A program made the position numbers and the translations under genes. 64,000 nt of DNA, taken from NCBI RefSeq assembly GCF_009914755.1, contig NC_060927.1; one strand, given 5' to 3'. Positions 27,806 to 44,596 of the stretch are shown in pieces. This DNA is from the human T2T-CHM13v2.0 reference genome, Homo sapiens. The notes under the pieces are model-generated. The model did not search any database and was not told the origin of the DNA. It worked only from the letters and a program-made list of their open reading frames with translations. Each line of letters begins with the position of its first letter. The stretch's first letter is position 1.

Positions 27806-28884
27806 TTATGAAGAATATTGAATTAAGTCTGAAACATCTGTCTCCTTGGGTACTTATCTAAGTGGCACTACTTTGTGATTCCAAAACTTGGAATGGTAGA
27901 TTATTGACATATAGTCTAGTTTTTTTCATTCTTTGGAAGTTTTGAATCAAAGTGAGAGTAATGGAGAATAAAGAATGTATTAAAGGTAAGGTAGATTTAT
28001 GGGGATGATAAGGTTTTAATTGAAGAAGAGAGGCAGGAGAGTTTATCAGGAAAGTAAATTTACATATAGCTAGGGAAAATGCATAAAAAGAAAGTAGGTA
28101 ACAAGAAAATAGTTTTGTTAGTTTATTTTTGTTATACCAATTTTGACATGTCAGCTGGAAGTACTCTGAGTTCTCATTAACCTCTATTCCCTTGCTGCTG
28201 TTTCCAAATCCTCCAGATGGCCTGTGGCAAAGAAATGCTTCTGATGATGTAAGATTGGAGAAAAGGGCCTGTTGTAGTTCCTTTGTGGATATTGTTCAAT
28301 TTGAAAAAGAAGCCCTAAGAAAACCTTGCTTGATGTTTTAAAATAGCTACAGACTTACTTCAGCTACCACAATAAAGGGAATGCTTTATTTAATTTATAT
28401 TATAAAATATGACAATAATATTTATCACTATTCAAGAATGCATAGATTATCTTATTTAAGAAAACTATACTTATTTCACCAGTATTACAGGGAATTTTGC
28501 ATTTTTATCAATGAAAAAGAATACATATAATACAGAAAGTATTGAGTATGGATTCCTAGTCTGAAATTTTGTCTTGTTTTTTTTCCCTGTAAAATATTTT
28601 CCATTTATTACTTAGGTTGGCTTAATGTAGAGAGGAAACACTTAGACATTAGCAGTTGCCTGTGTTAATCTGGTTATTCTGTAATAGCAACCACAATCAC
28701 TTTCCTAAAGTTCACTCTTTCAGTGATTATCCTGTTGAGACGCAGAGCAATGACATTTATTCTGTTGTGCTTATAAGCAATGACATTTATTCTATTGTCA
28801 GAAGCAATGATTGTCTCAGCCTATATTATCATACTGACAGGTTGCCGACTTCTCAAGCTGCAGAAGACATTTTAAAGCAACATT

Positions 28885-29530
28885 TATTTTTCATTCATTC
28901 ATTCAACGTTCACTGAATTACTAAAACACTTACTAAGTGTCTGTTATATGCCAAGTACTGCTCGAAGTACTGGAGATGTAGAAGAGATCAAGACGTAGTA
29001 TCTACCCTCAAGGAGTTTCCAGACCAGTAATCAGAAGTAAGACTTGGCTACAAAAAGAAAAAGGTAATATAGAGTCACCTGGTCTTCTGTTAGATATTAG
29101 TATAGGGCAAAATAAAGGATAAAAAGCAAAGGATGTTGGCTTTATCTATGGAGTCAGAAAATTCTTTATAGACATGACACTTTGTGTTTTAATGTAAGAG
29201 ACAGCCTAGCAGGGAGAGGGTGGGTGCATTGAAGAACAACCTGAGGTGCTAGCATTCCACATAGACGAAGTAGGATGGCCACAGATAAACCATCTGACAC
29301 AGTTAGAGAAATGTAAGCCACCTCGCATGGCTAGAATGTAAGGTATGAGAGGAATCGTGGCAAAAACTATGTCTGGAGAGGAAGGCAGCTCCCAGGTTAT
29401 GGTGAGCATTGTATACTAAGCTAAGGTGTCTAGGTTTGTTGTAAGAAACAATGAAAGATTGTTTACACAGAAATATATATTTGCACTCCAGAAAATAATC
29501 CTTGTAACACTTTGGGAACAGTGGCATATA
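28885..29530 (-). mobile_element. L2 fragment
   Basis: ttcattcattcattcaac tail; ttactaagtgtctgttatatgccaagtactg; ctaccctcaaggagttt. Confidence 0.75.
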
Positions 29531-29610
29531 TGTGAAGGTCAAATTACTGCACATCCTGGGCACTTGAGACAGTCTGTTTGTGTCTTCCATGTTGCAATTC
29601 AGCATTTCCC

Positions 29611-29910
<300 letters not shown>

Positions 29911-30479
29911 AGTATTTGCCTTTTAACAAAGTGGTGTCTGACCCTACTTTGGTTGTGGCTTTCTGGGCGCTTCCTTCTTAAAGAGATGTGTATTTCTTAT
30001 TCAAGGAAATGTTCTTTTGGTTTTTGAGATTAGTTACATATTTAGCAATTTTTTGAGGACTTTCTTAGTTGTTATTCTATGTAGAATGAGAACATTTCAA
30101 TGTGTTAAGTTGTATATTTTAAACTTGAAGTTGCTGGTCTTTTTTAAACATAGATTTGTGTGTTTTTTTAATAAAATGGCATTTTATTTTCATAATGTTA
30201 AAAATCTTAATTTTGACGATGCTAAATATCTTAATTAATTGAATAAAAAATTGTAGCCTTAAGCTTTCTTCTCCCAATAACCCATAGGCAATGACTTTAA
30301 TTTTTTTTGTTCCCCCTTGGCTTTTAAATATAATACATATTGTTAAATGTATTAAATATTAATGTATTTAATATAATACATATTTAATGTATTTAAATAT
30401 AATATATATTGTTAAGTGCACAAATTGTTAAATGATGTGCTTTTACTGGTTTTTCTTATTAATTTTTGGTTTCTATGTT

Positions 30480-31810
30480 AAAAATATTTATTAACTCACT
30501 GCTATCATGGCCAAGGATTTATTTCTTTAGCAATATCAGGATGTCTTTTTTTTACCATTTCCTCCAATATTAGAAAAGTCAGTTTTCACAGGATAACTGC
30601 AAATATAGGCAGTCTTTAAATCTAAGTAGTTTACTATAAAAATACTTCTTTTTTCTACATTCCTTTCTATATCAATATATAGGTATTCTTTATATATTTA
30701 TTCTTTTATATATGTAGATCTACAGATTTATGTGTATCTATCTCTATATATATATTCATACATAAAATATAATGAAATCATGAAACATATTCAGACACAT
30801 CAGAGCCCAGGAAAATGTCTGCTGCCCAGCTGTCATTTTGGTACCTTGCCTCATCTTTTTCCCTAATGGGATCCATTGTTTCCTAGATCCCATGTCTTCC
30901 TTTGATGAATTGATTGATTAGCTAATTAATATTCCCTTGCTTCCTTGGAGCATATCATTCATATTTCTCTTTCTATAAATATAGAGAGATATAGATATTT
31001 CTATGGATCCATATATATTTAGATATCTATATATATCATATCATTCAGATATATCATATCTGTATGTCATATATCATACAGATATAGCATATCTATATAT
31101 GATATATTGAGAGAGAATATCATATATATGAGATATTCTAAAATGTTTATTCAGATTATCCATTTATTAGGGTCTTTATTTTTTCAGTTTATCCATTTAT
31201 CAAGTCTTTTTTTTTAAAATAAATTTATTTCTTCTTGCATCCTTGTTCCAACTTTAGTCCAAACTGGTGGCTTCTAGTCTGCTGCCCAGCTGTCATTTTG
31301 GTTCCTTGCCTTATCTTATTCCCTGATGGGATTCATTATTTCCTAGATCCCATGTCTTCATCTGATGAACTGACTGATTAGCTAATTAATATTTCCTTGC
31401 CTCTTTGGAACATATCGTTCAGTAAATATGTTTAAGAAGGTATATGGGAGGACATTTTCCTGGGTTCTTATGTGTCTGAATATATTTTATGATTTTATAT
31501 TTATTTTCCCCTTGTAGCTTCAGTAGCTTTTAGACTCATCAGGCTGGTGAGAAATATGATGCCAGACTGAATCTTTGTGACCCATTATTCTCTGAAACTC
31601 TTCAGCTTTTCTCATTTTTTCTGGTATTCTGAATCATAATGGTATGCCTTGATGTGTGGCGTGAACTTCCAAGCTGAGTACTTATGAAGTTCTTGCATAG
31701 TTTATTCTGTTATTTCTTTGGTAATGTCCTTCACTTTCTATTTTATATATTTTCCAAAACTTTATTTAGCTAGATGTTAGGCCTTCTGAATAAATTCTCT
31801 AGGTCTCTAA
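30480..31810 (-). mobile_element. Ancient L1ME-like ORF1 region
   Basis: Diverged antisense L1 motifs (tgagaaatatgatgccagactga, tagatgttaggccttctgaata). Confidence 0.5.
30817..31421 (+). repeat. 145-bp direct repeat pair (30817-30961 and 31277-31421)
   Basis: Ungapped hand alignment gives about 15 mismatches in 145 bp. Confidence 0.93.
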
Positions 31811-33065
31811 TTCTTTTTTTCTTTTCTTTTCTTTCATTTTTTTTTTACTATGAGATATATTATACACACAGAGATATAAAATCATAAGGCTATACAATAC
31901 AAAACAATAATGAAATAAGTATTTATGTACTAATCTCCCAGAATAAGAAATGGAATGTTACAAATAACTTAGAAGCTTTTGATGTTCCACTTAAGAGTTA
32001 CATGTACTCTAGGTTAAAGAAATTTGCTTCTCTTCTGCTTCTTGGTCTGAGTGTCTTTTCCTTTTTTTTTTTTTTTGAGTGGCTATTGTATTGGAAACAT
32101 ATATATATATATATATATATCTCCTCCTTTGCTGTGCTTTTTGGGCCCTCAGCTTGTCTAGGTTTTGTAGGTCATCCTTCTTCAGATTCTCTGACTCCTG
32201 AGCTAGATACTTGTTGTTAAGGACACTCGTTTCCTCTGCAGGAGATTGGAGGTGTTGAGAGATAGAGATTTCAGAGTATTCTTGTGTCTCTCAGTTTGTC
32301 CAGGTGAATTCCAGTTGATCCTTACTCTCCTCTACTTCATGTGTGTGTAATTTCCTAATTGCTGTCTATGCTAATTTAGTGACTTGAGGCTCACCTCAAG
32401 ATGCAGAGGTATCTTGAGGATGCTACAGCTTTTCATAGGCTTTTAAAAATATTCTTCCACAATTATGTAAGGCCTGACTCCAGGGTCTGCTCCCTGGGCT
32501 TGCAGCCAGTACATCATCACATTGGGCCGCAGACTTAGAATGATGCCTTTGCCCTGTGGTTGATATTTTAAAACCTTTAATAGTTTTATCCTTAAATTTT
32601 TGTCATGTAAGCAAAATCTGATGGGACAATGCAGCATAAGACAGGTACTTGGGGCCTTGGCTCACATGTTGTCCTGCATTCCTGGAAGTACTTCTAGCTG
32701 TCCACTTCCTAGCCACTGCCCAGCAACTACTGCTGTCCTCTAGACTCAGCAGCCCCCTGTAGATAAAGATGGAGAGACTTTGAGTTAGATACATGGACCC
32801 CAGGCATCAAGGCATGGGATTGCTCTGTGATTCTTGAGGTCTGCACTCACTCACAAGTATTCCCATGCCCAAGGCAGTGTGACCTTAAATAGCAAATAAA
32901 AACATCATGAAAAATTAAAAAAAAGATACTGGGGAAAAAAAGGAGAAAATTTTGTTCTTGCTTTTCATGCAATAAGCCCTGCATTTTCATTTTATACTGC
33001 GTCCTCCAAATTACTTAGTTGGCCTTTATTCCCTGTTATTCCTAATTGTTCTAGTTCTCTGATTA

Positions 33066-33443
<378 letters not shown>

Positions 33444-34059
33444 TCACTTGTAATATATTTGGGCATGCATCTTCATTGTAGGAAGATATTTAGCTGATTA
33501 CGATTTTTTATTAGTTATGATTACTTGGAATTTTAATTTCTTTTCAAGAAAGAATTGGTAAGTTGTATTTTTCTGAAGATTTATTAACTTCATCTAACTT
33601 GGATGTGTTGGTACAAACTTGTTCTTAAAATTTTCTTAACTGATTAATCTTTGTGGCATCTATAATTTTGTTCCTTTTGTCTTTTCTGGTTTTGCTTAAA
33701 TTAATTTTCCAATGGTTTGTCTATCTATTGGTCTTCTCAAAGAGCCAGTTTTTATCATTTCTGAACTCTATTTTTTTTATTTCTTTGCATTATGTTCTTA
33801 TGTTTGCTTCTTTGAGTTTATTCTGCTGCTGTTTGTTTTATGTGTTAATTTGTAAATTTATTAACTTCAAACTGTTTTAAACTAGTGTTAATAATATAAG
33901 GCTTAGATTTAACTTTAAATACAAATTTTTAATCAAAATTATTTGGGTAATTTACATAAAATTAGGTATAAAATTTGGTATGTTTTGACAAATATATACG
34001 CCAATGTAACCATTACCATAATCATGATATAGAATATTTCTATCACCCCAGTCTCTTCT

Positions 34060-34806
34060 GTTTTAAATTCCTATCTAAGGGGTCTGGAGAGTCATGCCCT
34101 ATAAACCATAAATTATTATCTGATGAGTATTATTTAACCGTATATATTGTGACTTACTTTCCAACCTGACTCTGGCATAATATTACAAGACAAGAAAGAA
34201 AAACTAAATATTTTACCCCAAGACAACTTTTGTTGCCCTATCTTGAAATGGCCCTGCAAAGCTGTCCTTTGTGGGGGAAAATTTGCATCAGTAAAGAATC
34301 TCTGTTAACATAGCTAGATCTTTTTCTTCCTGGCCCTCTCAATCCTAAAGAGATTAACTAAAAGCCTAGCACCTTTTAAAGATCTAAATAGGAAACATTT
34401 GTCATCTATTAGCTCTAAGGGGAGCCACTATAAGACTTCAAAGGAACCTTGGTTTCCACAATATTTTATGTTAACCTTAACATTTCCTTTCTATTAATCC
34501 CAGGTCCTTAGACAAACTCAACCAATTGTCAAATAGAAAATGTTTAAATTAACCTATAGCCTGGAAGCACCTCTCCCCCCACCCCACACCCAGCTTTGAG
34601 TTGTCCAGCTCTTCTGGACCAAAGCAATGTATTCCTTAAATGTCCAGCTTTTCTGGACCAAAGCAGTGTATTCCAAACCATGTGCCACCTTGGGAACATG
34701 TTCTCAGGAACTCTTGAGGGCTGTGTCATGGACCATGGTCACTCATATTTGCCTCAGAATAAATCTCTTCAAATATTTTTACAGAGTTTGCCTCTTTCCA
34801 TTGACA
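34060..34806 (+). mobile_element. MER4-family ERV1 LTR
   Basis: ctaaggggtctggagagtcatgccct...aataaatctcttcaaatatttttacagagtttg...ttgaca. Confidence 0.85.
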
Positions 34807-34809
34807 TTA

Positions 34810-36610
34810 TCTAATAAACAACTTCAGCAGCAAAGTTCCATTGTGTAAAAAGCAGTAGCATTTTTATACACCAACAACGTCCAAGCTGGGAGCCAAATCA
34901 AAAATGCACTCCCATTCGCAATAGCCACAAAAACAATAAAATACCTAGGAATACAGCTAACAAGGGAAATGAAAGATCTCAACAGTTACCAAACACTACT
35001 CAAAGAAATCACAGATTACACAAACAAATGAAAAAAAAAAATCCCTGCTCATGAAGAATCAATATTTTTAAAATGATCATACTGCCTAAGGCAATTTACA
35101 GATTCAGTGCTATTCCTATCAAACTACTAATGACATTGTTCAAGGAATTAGAAAAAAAACTATTTTAAAATTCATATGGAATGAAAAAAGAGCACAAATA
35201 GCCAAAGCAATTATAAACGAAATAACAAAACTAGAGACATCACATTACCCGACTTCAAACAATTCTACAAGGCTAGAGAAACCAAAACAGTATGATACTG
35301 GTACAAAAACAGACAAATAGACAAATGGAACAGAATAGAGAGCCCAGAAATAATGCTGCACACCTACAGTCATCTGATCTTCCACAAAGTTGACCAAAAC
35401 TAACACTGGGGAAAGGGCTCCCTATTTAATGGTGCTGGGGTAACTGGCTAGTCATATGCAGAACACTGAAATATACATAAATCAATTCAAGATGAATTAA
35501 AGTCTTAAATGGTTGTATAAAAAAACCTGTAACATAAGCCAGGAAGTACAATTCTGGACATAGGCACTGGCAAAAGATTTTATAACAAAGATGCCAAAAG
35601 CAATTGCAACAGAAACAAAAATTGACAAATGGGACCTAATAGATTTAGAGACTTATACAGAACAAAAGAAACTATCAACAGAGTATACAGAAAACCTACA
35701 GAATGAGAGAAAATATTTGTAAACTATGCATCCAACAGTCTAATATACATAATCTGTAAATAACCAACAAATTAACAAGCAAAAAACATCCCCATTAAAA
35801 TGTGGGTAAAGGACATGAACTGACACTTTTCAAAAAAAGACATATACATGGCCAGCAAGCATATGAAAAAAATTTTCAACATCACTAATTATTAGATAAA
35901 TGCAATCAAAACCATGAAGAGATACCATCTCACACCATTCAGAATGGCTATTACTAAAAAGTCAAAAAATAATATATGCTGGCAAGGTTGCAGAGAAAAG
36001 GAAATGTTTATGCACTACTGATGGAAATGTAAATTTATTCAGCCATTATGGAAAGCAGTGTGGCAATTTCTCAAAGAACTTAAAACAGAATTGCCATTTG
36101 ACCCTGCAAGCCTATTACTGGATATATACCCAAAAGGATGCAAATAGTTCTACCAAGAAGACATATGCACTCACATATTCATCACTATATTCACAAGAGT
36201 AAAGAATTGGAATCAACTTGGTACCTATCAACAGTAGATCAGATAAAGAAAATGTGGTACGTATGTACCATGGAATACTACACAGCACAAGAACAAGTTC
36301 ATGTCTTTTGCAGCAAGATGTATGGAGCTGGAGGCCTTTATTCTAAGCAAACTAACACAGGAAGAGAAAACCAAATATCACATGTTCTCACTTATAAATT
36401 GGAGCTATACATTAAGAACACATGTATACAAAGAAGGAAACAACATCCACTGGGGCCTATCAGAGAGTGCAGAACAGGAGGAGGAAGAGGGTTGGAAAAG
36501 TACCTATTGGGTGACATGTTTATTGCCTGGGTGATTAAGTAATCTATACACCAAATGCCCATGACACACAATTTACCTGTAACAAACACCCACATGTACC
36601 CCTGAACTTT
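34810..36610 (+). mobile_element. L1PB/late-L1PA 3' 1.8 kb (degenerate ORF2 end and 3'UTR)
   Basis: cccattcgcaatagccacaaaaacaataaaatacctagg...cacatgtacccctgaactt. Confidence 0.92.
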
Positions 36611-37583
36611 ATTGTTTAAAGTTTTTAAAATATATTGTATTTTTAAAAATAATGTTTTTAAAAGTTAATAAGTTTTAAAAAGTTAATAAGTTAAAAAAGT
36701 TTTAAAAAATATTGAGTTATTTTTAAAAGCTTCTTTTAAAATTTTAAAAACTTAAAAAAACTTTAAAAAATAAAGTAAAATCCTCAAGAAGTATAATTAT
36801 AGACATGCTTAGATATAATCATACAAGAAAATGAAATGATGCCCCACTTTTTCTAAAACATCTAAAGAATATTGCTACCACAGCTTAGAGGTATTACTTT
36901 GCATAGATAGTTTTTGGAATGTATCATGTGTATTTGCAAAGAAAATATGTGTATTTGCAAAGAAAATATATGTATTTTCTACATGTTGTATATGATGTAC
37001 TAAATGTTTCCTTTAAATCTAATTTGTTAATTTTGCTATTCAAAGTGGCATTATCAGTGTGTCTCAATGGTGGTGTTACTGCCATCATTTCTCAAATATG
37101 TAAAAGTATTTTAGTGGTCACAGAAATGGGGAGGGTATTATTATCATTTCCTTAGTGGAGTCCAGGGGTGGTAAACGTTCTTGCATAGGCTAAGAGAGTG
37201 TCCAACAATCAATAAGTGTACCATATGTTGCACAACCGAACATACATACTAGCTTTCTTTTACCTGCACAACTCACCTTGTCAGCCTTTTATAATACATT
37301 GAGCTTTCCAAGTACACAATTACCACAAAGACTAAGGAAATATAAAGTCAACAGTGAGGAGGCAGAACAGAGAGTCAGAAACAACTTGAGTCCTTGGTGA
37401 ATTCACTCAGCAGTGAATCAAATTATTCAGAAGTTGCTCTCATTTGTATACCTGGTTATATGCATTAATACATCCCCTTAGTGGTCAAGTTTTTTTTGTT
37501 TGTTTGTTTGTTTGTTTTGTTTGTTTGTTTGTTTTTGTAGCTAGAATCAATCTAAAATTTAGACCTAATAATTTTTATTGTGT

Positions 37584-37740
37584 TAGCCAGGCATGGCTGT
37601 ATGCACCTGTAGTCCCAGCTATGCAGGAGGCTGAGGTGGGAGGATCAGTTGAGCTCCAGTGATTGAGGTTGTAGTAAACTGTGATTGCGGCATTACAATC
37701 CAGCCTGGGCAACAGAGTGAGACCCTGTCTCAAACAAATA
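37584..37740 (+). mobile_element. AluJ right arm / FRAM
   Basis: tagccaggcatgg...gaggtgggaggatca...gagaccctgtctc. Confidence 0.85.
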
Positions 37741-37753
37741 TATAAAATATGGC

Positions 37754-38445
<692 letters not shown>

Positions 38446-40261
38446 TTTTGTATTTTTCTAATTTAAAAACTATCTGTGAATTCTGATACTAGGTCTTACA
38501 TGGTCAGTTTGATGGATCTTTTAATACATTACATAATTCAGTTAATATGTTTCCTTGCTATTTTTGAAATCTGTTTTAATCAGAGAGTCACAAATGACTT
38601 TTTTCTGTTATGTTTTTAATATTTGGTAATGGATTAAGTCAGTTTTTGTTCTTCTATGCTATAGAAAAATTTAAGTAGAATCTAAGTTTTTAAAATTACC
38701 AGCAGTGTTATATTCTTTTATACTTTATAAAAGTATCTTTCATGTCCCTCATGATTTTATCGTGTTTAATTCTTTACTTCATTTAATTTTCTCATGTTGT
38801 TCTAATTATATTTGCCAAAGTTTTATGTATTCTTTTTATTTTATTTTAAAATTCTGTGCTTAAATGTACTTACTAATTCTGGTTTTTGTTCATGCTTTTT
38901 GAAAACTCCTTAACTTCTGCCTGTATTTCATTATTTCTGAAAAATAGTTTATATTAACTACACAATTTGGTTTAACATCCTTCTTTATTAAGCTATTTGT
39001 TATTTTGGATTATTTATGATGTGTCTCATTTTATTTTCTTTTTTTGCTATTATATATGACATTGCAATAAATAATATTATCAATGCTGTTATAAATTTCT
39101 CTTATTACTTCCTAACTATAAATTCCTATGAAAAAATGATTAGGTTGAATTTTTTCTCTCTCTCCATTTTTCTCTTTCTCATTCCAGTTTTACAATGCAT
39201 TTTCAAATTAATTGCTTATTAAAAGTTTGCACAATATCCATTAGTATGCATTCATGTTTGTTTTTGGCGCTTATGAAAATAGATATAGGTAATTGACCTT
39301 TTTCTAACTACTGCTGTTATTTAAAAGTATAAATAGGACTGGGTAGCCCAATATCTTTCTTTTTCAGTCTAAAAAATTGATTTGTTAAAATCTCAAATAT
39401 TTTTAGTTTTAGAATTCCTTTAATGAGGAGAAAAATCTTAGATATGAAAATAGTAAATGTTGGTGCTATCCACAGATGAAATAATTTAATTAAATTGAAT
39501 TTATTATATACTTGATGAGTATTGAGATTGTAATTAATATTTGATTTAAAATTAAATTATAAACTTTCAACTCTAGCTTTTATGTGAAGTCTTGCTTTCA
39601 CTTTATTACATAAACAGAGAAAAGGAAATCTATCTATAGTTGGTATTAGTTGGTAACGCTTTCCTTGAAATGAATATGTGTGGAGAGAAGCAGAAGGCAG
39701 GTCTCTGTACATTTAATCAGCTTTCCCTTATAACTTCTAACTTCAATTTCTTTTCTTGTAAAATTATCTGTAGTCTCCAAGGACACTTTAACTATAGAAA
39801 AGTTTATTTCACCATGATTTAGAACTAAAAAATAAAAACAACTCTTCTGGCCCACCCCTATTTAGGCCCAGTTTTATGTGTTGGAATGGTTGTTTAGAAT
39901 GAGGGAATGTACTTTTAGGATATGAAATCCTCAATTGTTTATATTTGTATAGACTAAAGAAAGAGATAGCAAAGTATGAGCCACTGGCTTTGGAGGTAAA
40001 AATATTTCAGCTCAAATTTGCTTGCTACTTTTTAATTTAGTGACATTGAGAAAGCTTATTAATATTCCTAAATGTCAGGAAGATTTAATAGAAATGAATG
40101 TGTATATATATATAACAACTTACTTCCAAACTGTTGCTTATTACTTATGTAAATAGGTTTCACTGTTAAATTGGTATATGTGTGTGCATGCAAATGTGTG
40201 GGGTACATGTTTGTTCATACACACAATTTAATAGATTTGGAAGCATAGGCATATAGAGTAG

Positions 40262-40611
<350 letters not shown>

Positions 40612-43600
40612 ACTCTGAAAGAGAGAGATTATTGATAGGGAACTTGAACTTAAATTTCGGATCCATCATCCATTAGCTACATGACCTTGGATAGGTGACT
40701 TAATTGCTCTTTTGTTTTATCTACCACCTATTTGCTCTCTCTACTCCAGCCAGATGATGAAATTACTTGACCAAAACTGAGATTTATTCCTGAAGCAGAT
40801 TCTTTATCTCTTCCAGATCTTTTATTATACCCTAGCTAACCATCTCATTATGCACATTGCTTTGATGAGGAAAAGGATGTCAAAGAGCAAACTCCTTTCT
40901 TTGTCAGTGTATTTATTAAACATACACTATATCTTTCTTACATTCTTAGTTCTATCTATCAATATTGCTATAACAATAATATGAAGTTTTAAAAATTATG
41001 TAATGATCTGCTTAGAATATGAATCAAACTATTTCTGCAAAGCGCTGTGTGAACCTATCCCTAAGAGACATCTGTATTGAATCAAGAACTCCCTGGAGCT
41101 ATCAATATTTTTTTGTTTTGTTTCAGTAGTTTTTTGTTTGTCTTTTTTCCTCCTTCTCATAATCTTTACTTGGGAAAAATTACATTGAATTCACAATCAG
41201 GCTTATTCTACTCTTCCCAAAACAATAGTGGAAATGAAATAATATGTATAGCAGCATATTGTCAATTCACAGTTACAGTAATGCTTATGAATGTGGCATT
41301 TAGATTCCTGACAGATGTTTGCCTGTGTAATTGTTTAGAATTATATTTTCAATTGCTTTTTTTGTGATGTCTCTTAACAGGAAGCATGGATCTAAAAATT
41401 TAGCTTTGAATAGTTTTTCTACTAAAAACCTGTAAGAAACTAATAATGTCATTGTTATTTCTATTATTACCAAGTATATGTGGTTCTGATATTAGACATC
41501 TGCAAGAGATTCAATAACTCTTTATTACCCTCTGAAGATGAGTTATTTGCACTCTTCTTCTACCAACCTCCACTTGATATAGAATTTTTTCTTCTTTCTT
41601 CAATGAATTTCATGTTCAAACTGTATTATTTACTTCCACGTTGTTGTTTATCACTTATGTAAATAATTTTTACTGTTCAATTGTTAATTTTTTCTTTAAC
41701 TGGGAAGAAGTATTTGAGTTGGAATACACTGCATCATATTTTCCCATTAAAATTACTAAATATGTGTGTGACACAATTTTCAGGAAGAAATTAAAATTGT
41801 TAACTAAAAATTGAGTATACATTTGTCACTGAAAGAACCAGAAGTCAGGATAAATTCTGTTGTCTATAAATGTAACTTCCTTGTTAAATATCATGAATGA
41901 GTCTTTACATTAAACATCATTAGTTATTAAATTCTATAAATAGCACACTGCATATATGTCATTACAAACCATACACTGAAAAGACATTTATATATTTTTT
42001 GCTATAAATTTTAAATATTATTTATCATGTAAATGATATAGGAATCTTAACACAGTTTTAAACATCTATGATTTAAAAGTGCCAAAATTTGATATAAAAG
42101 GTCTAAATTTTAAGTCTTAAAATGTGAAACAGAAGACTATGTCATCTGAAATTATAATTGTTTATTATTCCATTGGGGGGTTGATTTCTTCAACACTTAT
42201 TTAATTGTAGGACATTTGTCATGAATAATGGATGGATTAATATGACATTTAATTAATAGTTTCATTTATTTGAATATAATCAATATATAGTATGGCCTAA
42301 TATATTAAAGAAATTATTTATGAAATTATGTATAAAAACACATCAAACATTAATTTCCAGAGTCAAGAGTGCATAGATTCTTAAAAAATAAATAAAATAA
42401 AAATAAATCATAGCTTCTGGTCTTGCATTTTAAATTTTTTTTTAATCCAACAACTTATTTTTTTATGTCTATGAAGGAGTAAAATTCAAAATGATTCATT
42501 GCATTATTTACCTGAAGCTTACTTTTTCCTCTATCCCACTGTTTACAATAATGATTCCTTCTACAAAATCTTCTTTAGGATATATATTCTCAGGTGGAAC
42601 AAAATGGCTTATATAACCCTCCAGTGATGATCCACCACCCCTGCCCCACTAAAATCACCAAATTGGACAACTACTAGCACAAGAAAATACCCTCTTAAGA
42701 AATCAGGTCTGCAATCACAGTACCTGACTTTGACATCATAGCAAGCAAAGAGGCACTGAAGAGCATTGGAAAAATAGGCTTGAATTTCCTCCACTGTCCC
42801 TCCCCTCTCTCCCAGCAGTGCCACGTGGCATGGAGAGAGAATCTGTGTGCTTAAGCGAAAGAAGGAGCGGTGATGTGCAACTTTGCATTGGAATTTAGTG
42901 CTTCCCTGTCACAATGGAAAGCAACACAGAACAGAAATTCAGTTGGTGTCACAGAGATAACAATCAGAACAGCCCTAGCCAGAGAGGAATCATCCAGCCC
43001 AGCTGTGAGAACCTAAATTCTGGCTAACCCCACCATGGGGGCCTAGAGCAATCTGGGGTTCTAAATAAACTCCAAAAGCAGTCTAGGCCACAAGAACTGT
43101 AATTCCTGGGCAAATCCTGGTGCTATGCTGGGCCCAGCACCAGTAGACTTGGGGTACAGGTGCCTGCATAAGACATCAGCTAGGGCAGCCAAGGAAGTGC
43201 TTACATCTACCCTCCCTCAACCTCAAGCAGCACAGTTTGGAGCTCCAGAAGAGACTCTTTCCACTTGAGGAAAAAAGAAGGAAATATAAGGAAGACTTTG
43301 CCTTGCAACTTTGATACTAGCTCAGCCACAGCAAAATAAAGCAAAAAAAATAGAGGCCTGAAGCCCTCATTTTAGGCCCTAGTTCCCAAATGGCATGTCT
43401 AGACCCACTCTGGACCAGAAGGAAAACTACTGCCCTGAAAGGAAAAACCCAGTCCTTGCAGGATTCATCATTTGTTTACTAATGAGCCCTTGGGCCTTGA
43501 ATAAACAGAAGTGGTAGCCAGGCAGTAGTTGCTATGGGTCTCAGGCAAGACACAGTAATATACTGGCTTCAGCTGTGATGCAGTGCATTCCCAGCCGTGA

Positions 43601-44289
43601 TGGGCACAGCGAGAAAATCCTTTTGCTTGAGAAAAGCAGAGGGAAGAGTAAAAATGACTTTGTCTTGCAACTTGCGTACCAGCTTAGCAACAGTAAAACC
43701 AAAGACCACCAGACCAGACCTCTAAAGTCTCCAACTCAAGGATTTACTTCCTGGACAGTATTTCTAGAAGCATATTGGGCCAGCTGTCCTGAAGGTGGAG
43801 ACACAGGCCTGGCAGGATTCACCATCAGCTGGTTGCAGAGACCTTGGGCCTTGAATAAACATTAGCAGTAGCCAGGTGATAGTCACCAGAGACCTTGAGT
43901 GAGTCCCGGTGCTGTGCTGGCTTCAGGTCTGACCCACCACAGTCCCACTGGTGGTGCCCATAGGAGTGTTTGCATCACCCCTCTCCCAATTCCAGTCAGC
44001 TCAGGATGGAGACAGACTTCATCTGTCTAGGGAAAAGTAAAGGAAGAAAATGAAAGAATCTGTCTGGCAATCCAGGGAATTTTCCCAGATCATACCCAAG
44101 ACCACCAATGTGGTTCTTCTATAATTCTTCAAGAGTCATAGCGTTACTGGTATTGGGGGAGCCACTAATGTAGACATAGGTGCAGTGACCAAAAACTTAG
44201 ATTACAACACTCACTCCCCTTGGAATACCTGGAAAGCCTTCTCAAGAAGGATAAGTACAAATGAACCTAGACTGTGAAGACTGCAATAA

Positions 44290-44596
<307 letters not shown>

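Noticed and set aside
27369-27806. 145-aa ORF
   Set aside because: Lies almost entirely within the solo LTR, has a non-ATG start and no recognisable domain.
28141-28300. Minus-strand peptide TISTKELQQAL resembling a penta-EF-hand helix
   Set aside because: Preceded by an in-frame stop, no EF-hand loop and no further similarity; likely chance.
43270-43940. Diverged direct repeat of about 350 bp
   Set aside because: Best explained as the monomer structure of the L1M 5'UTR.
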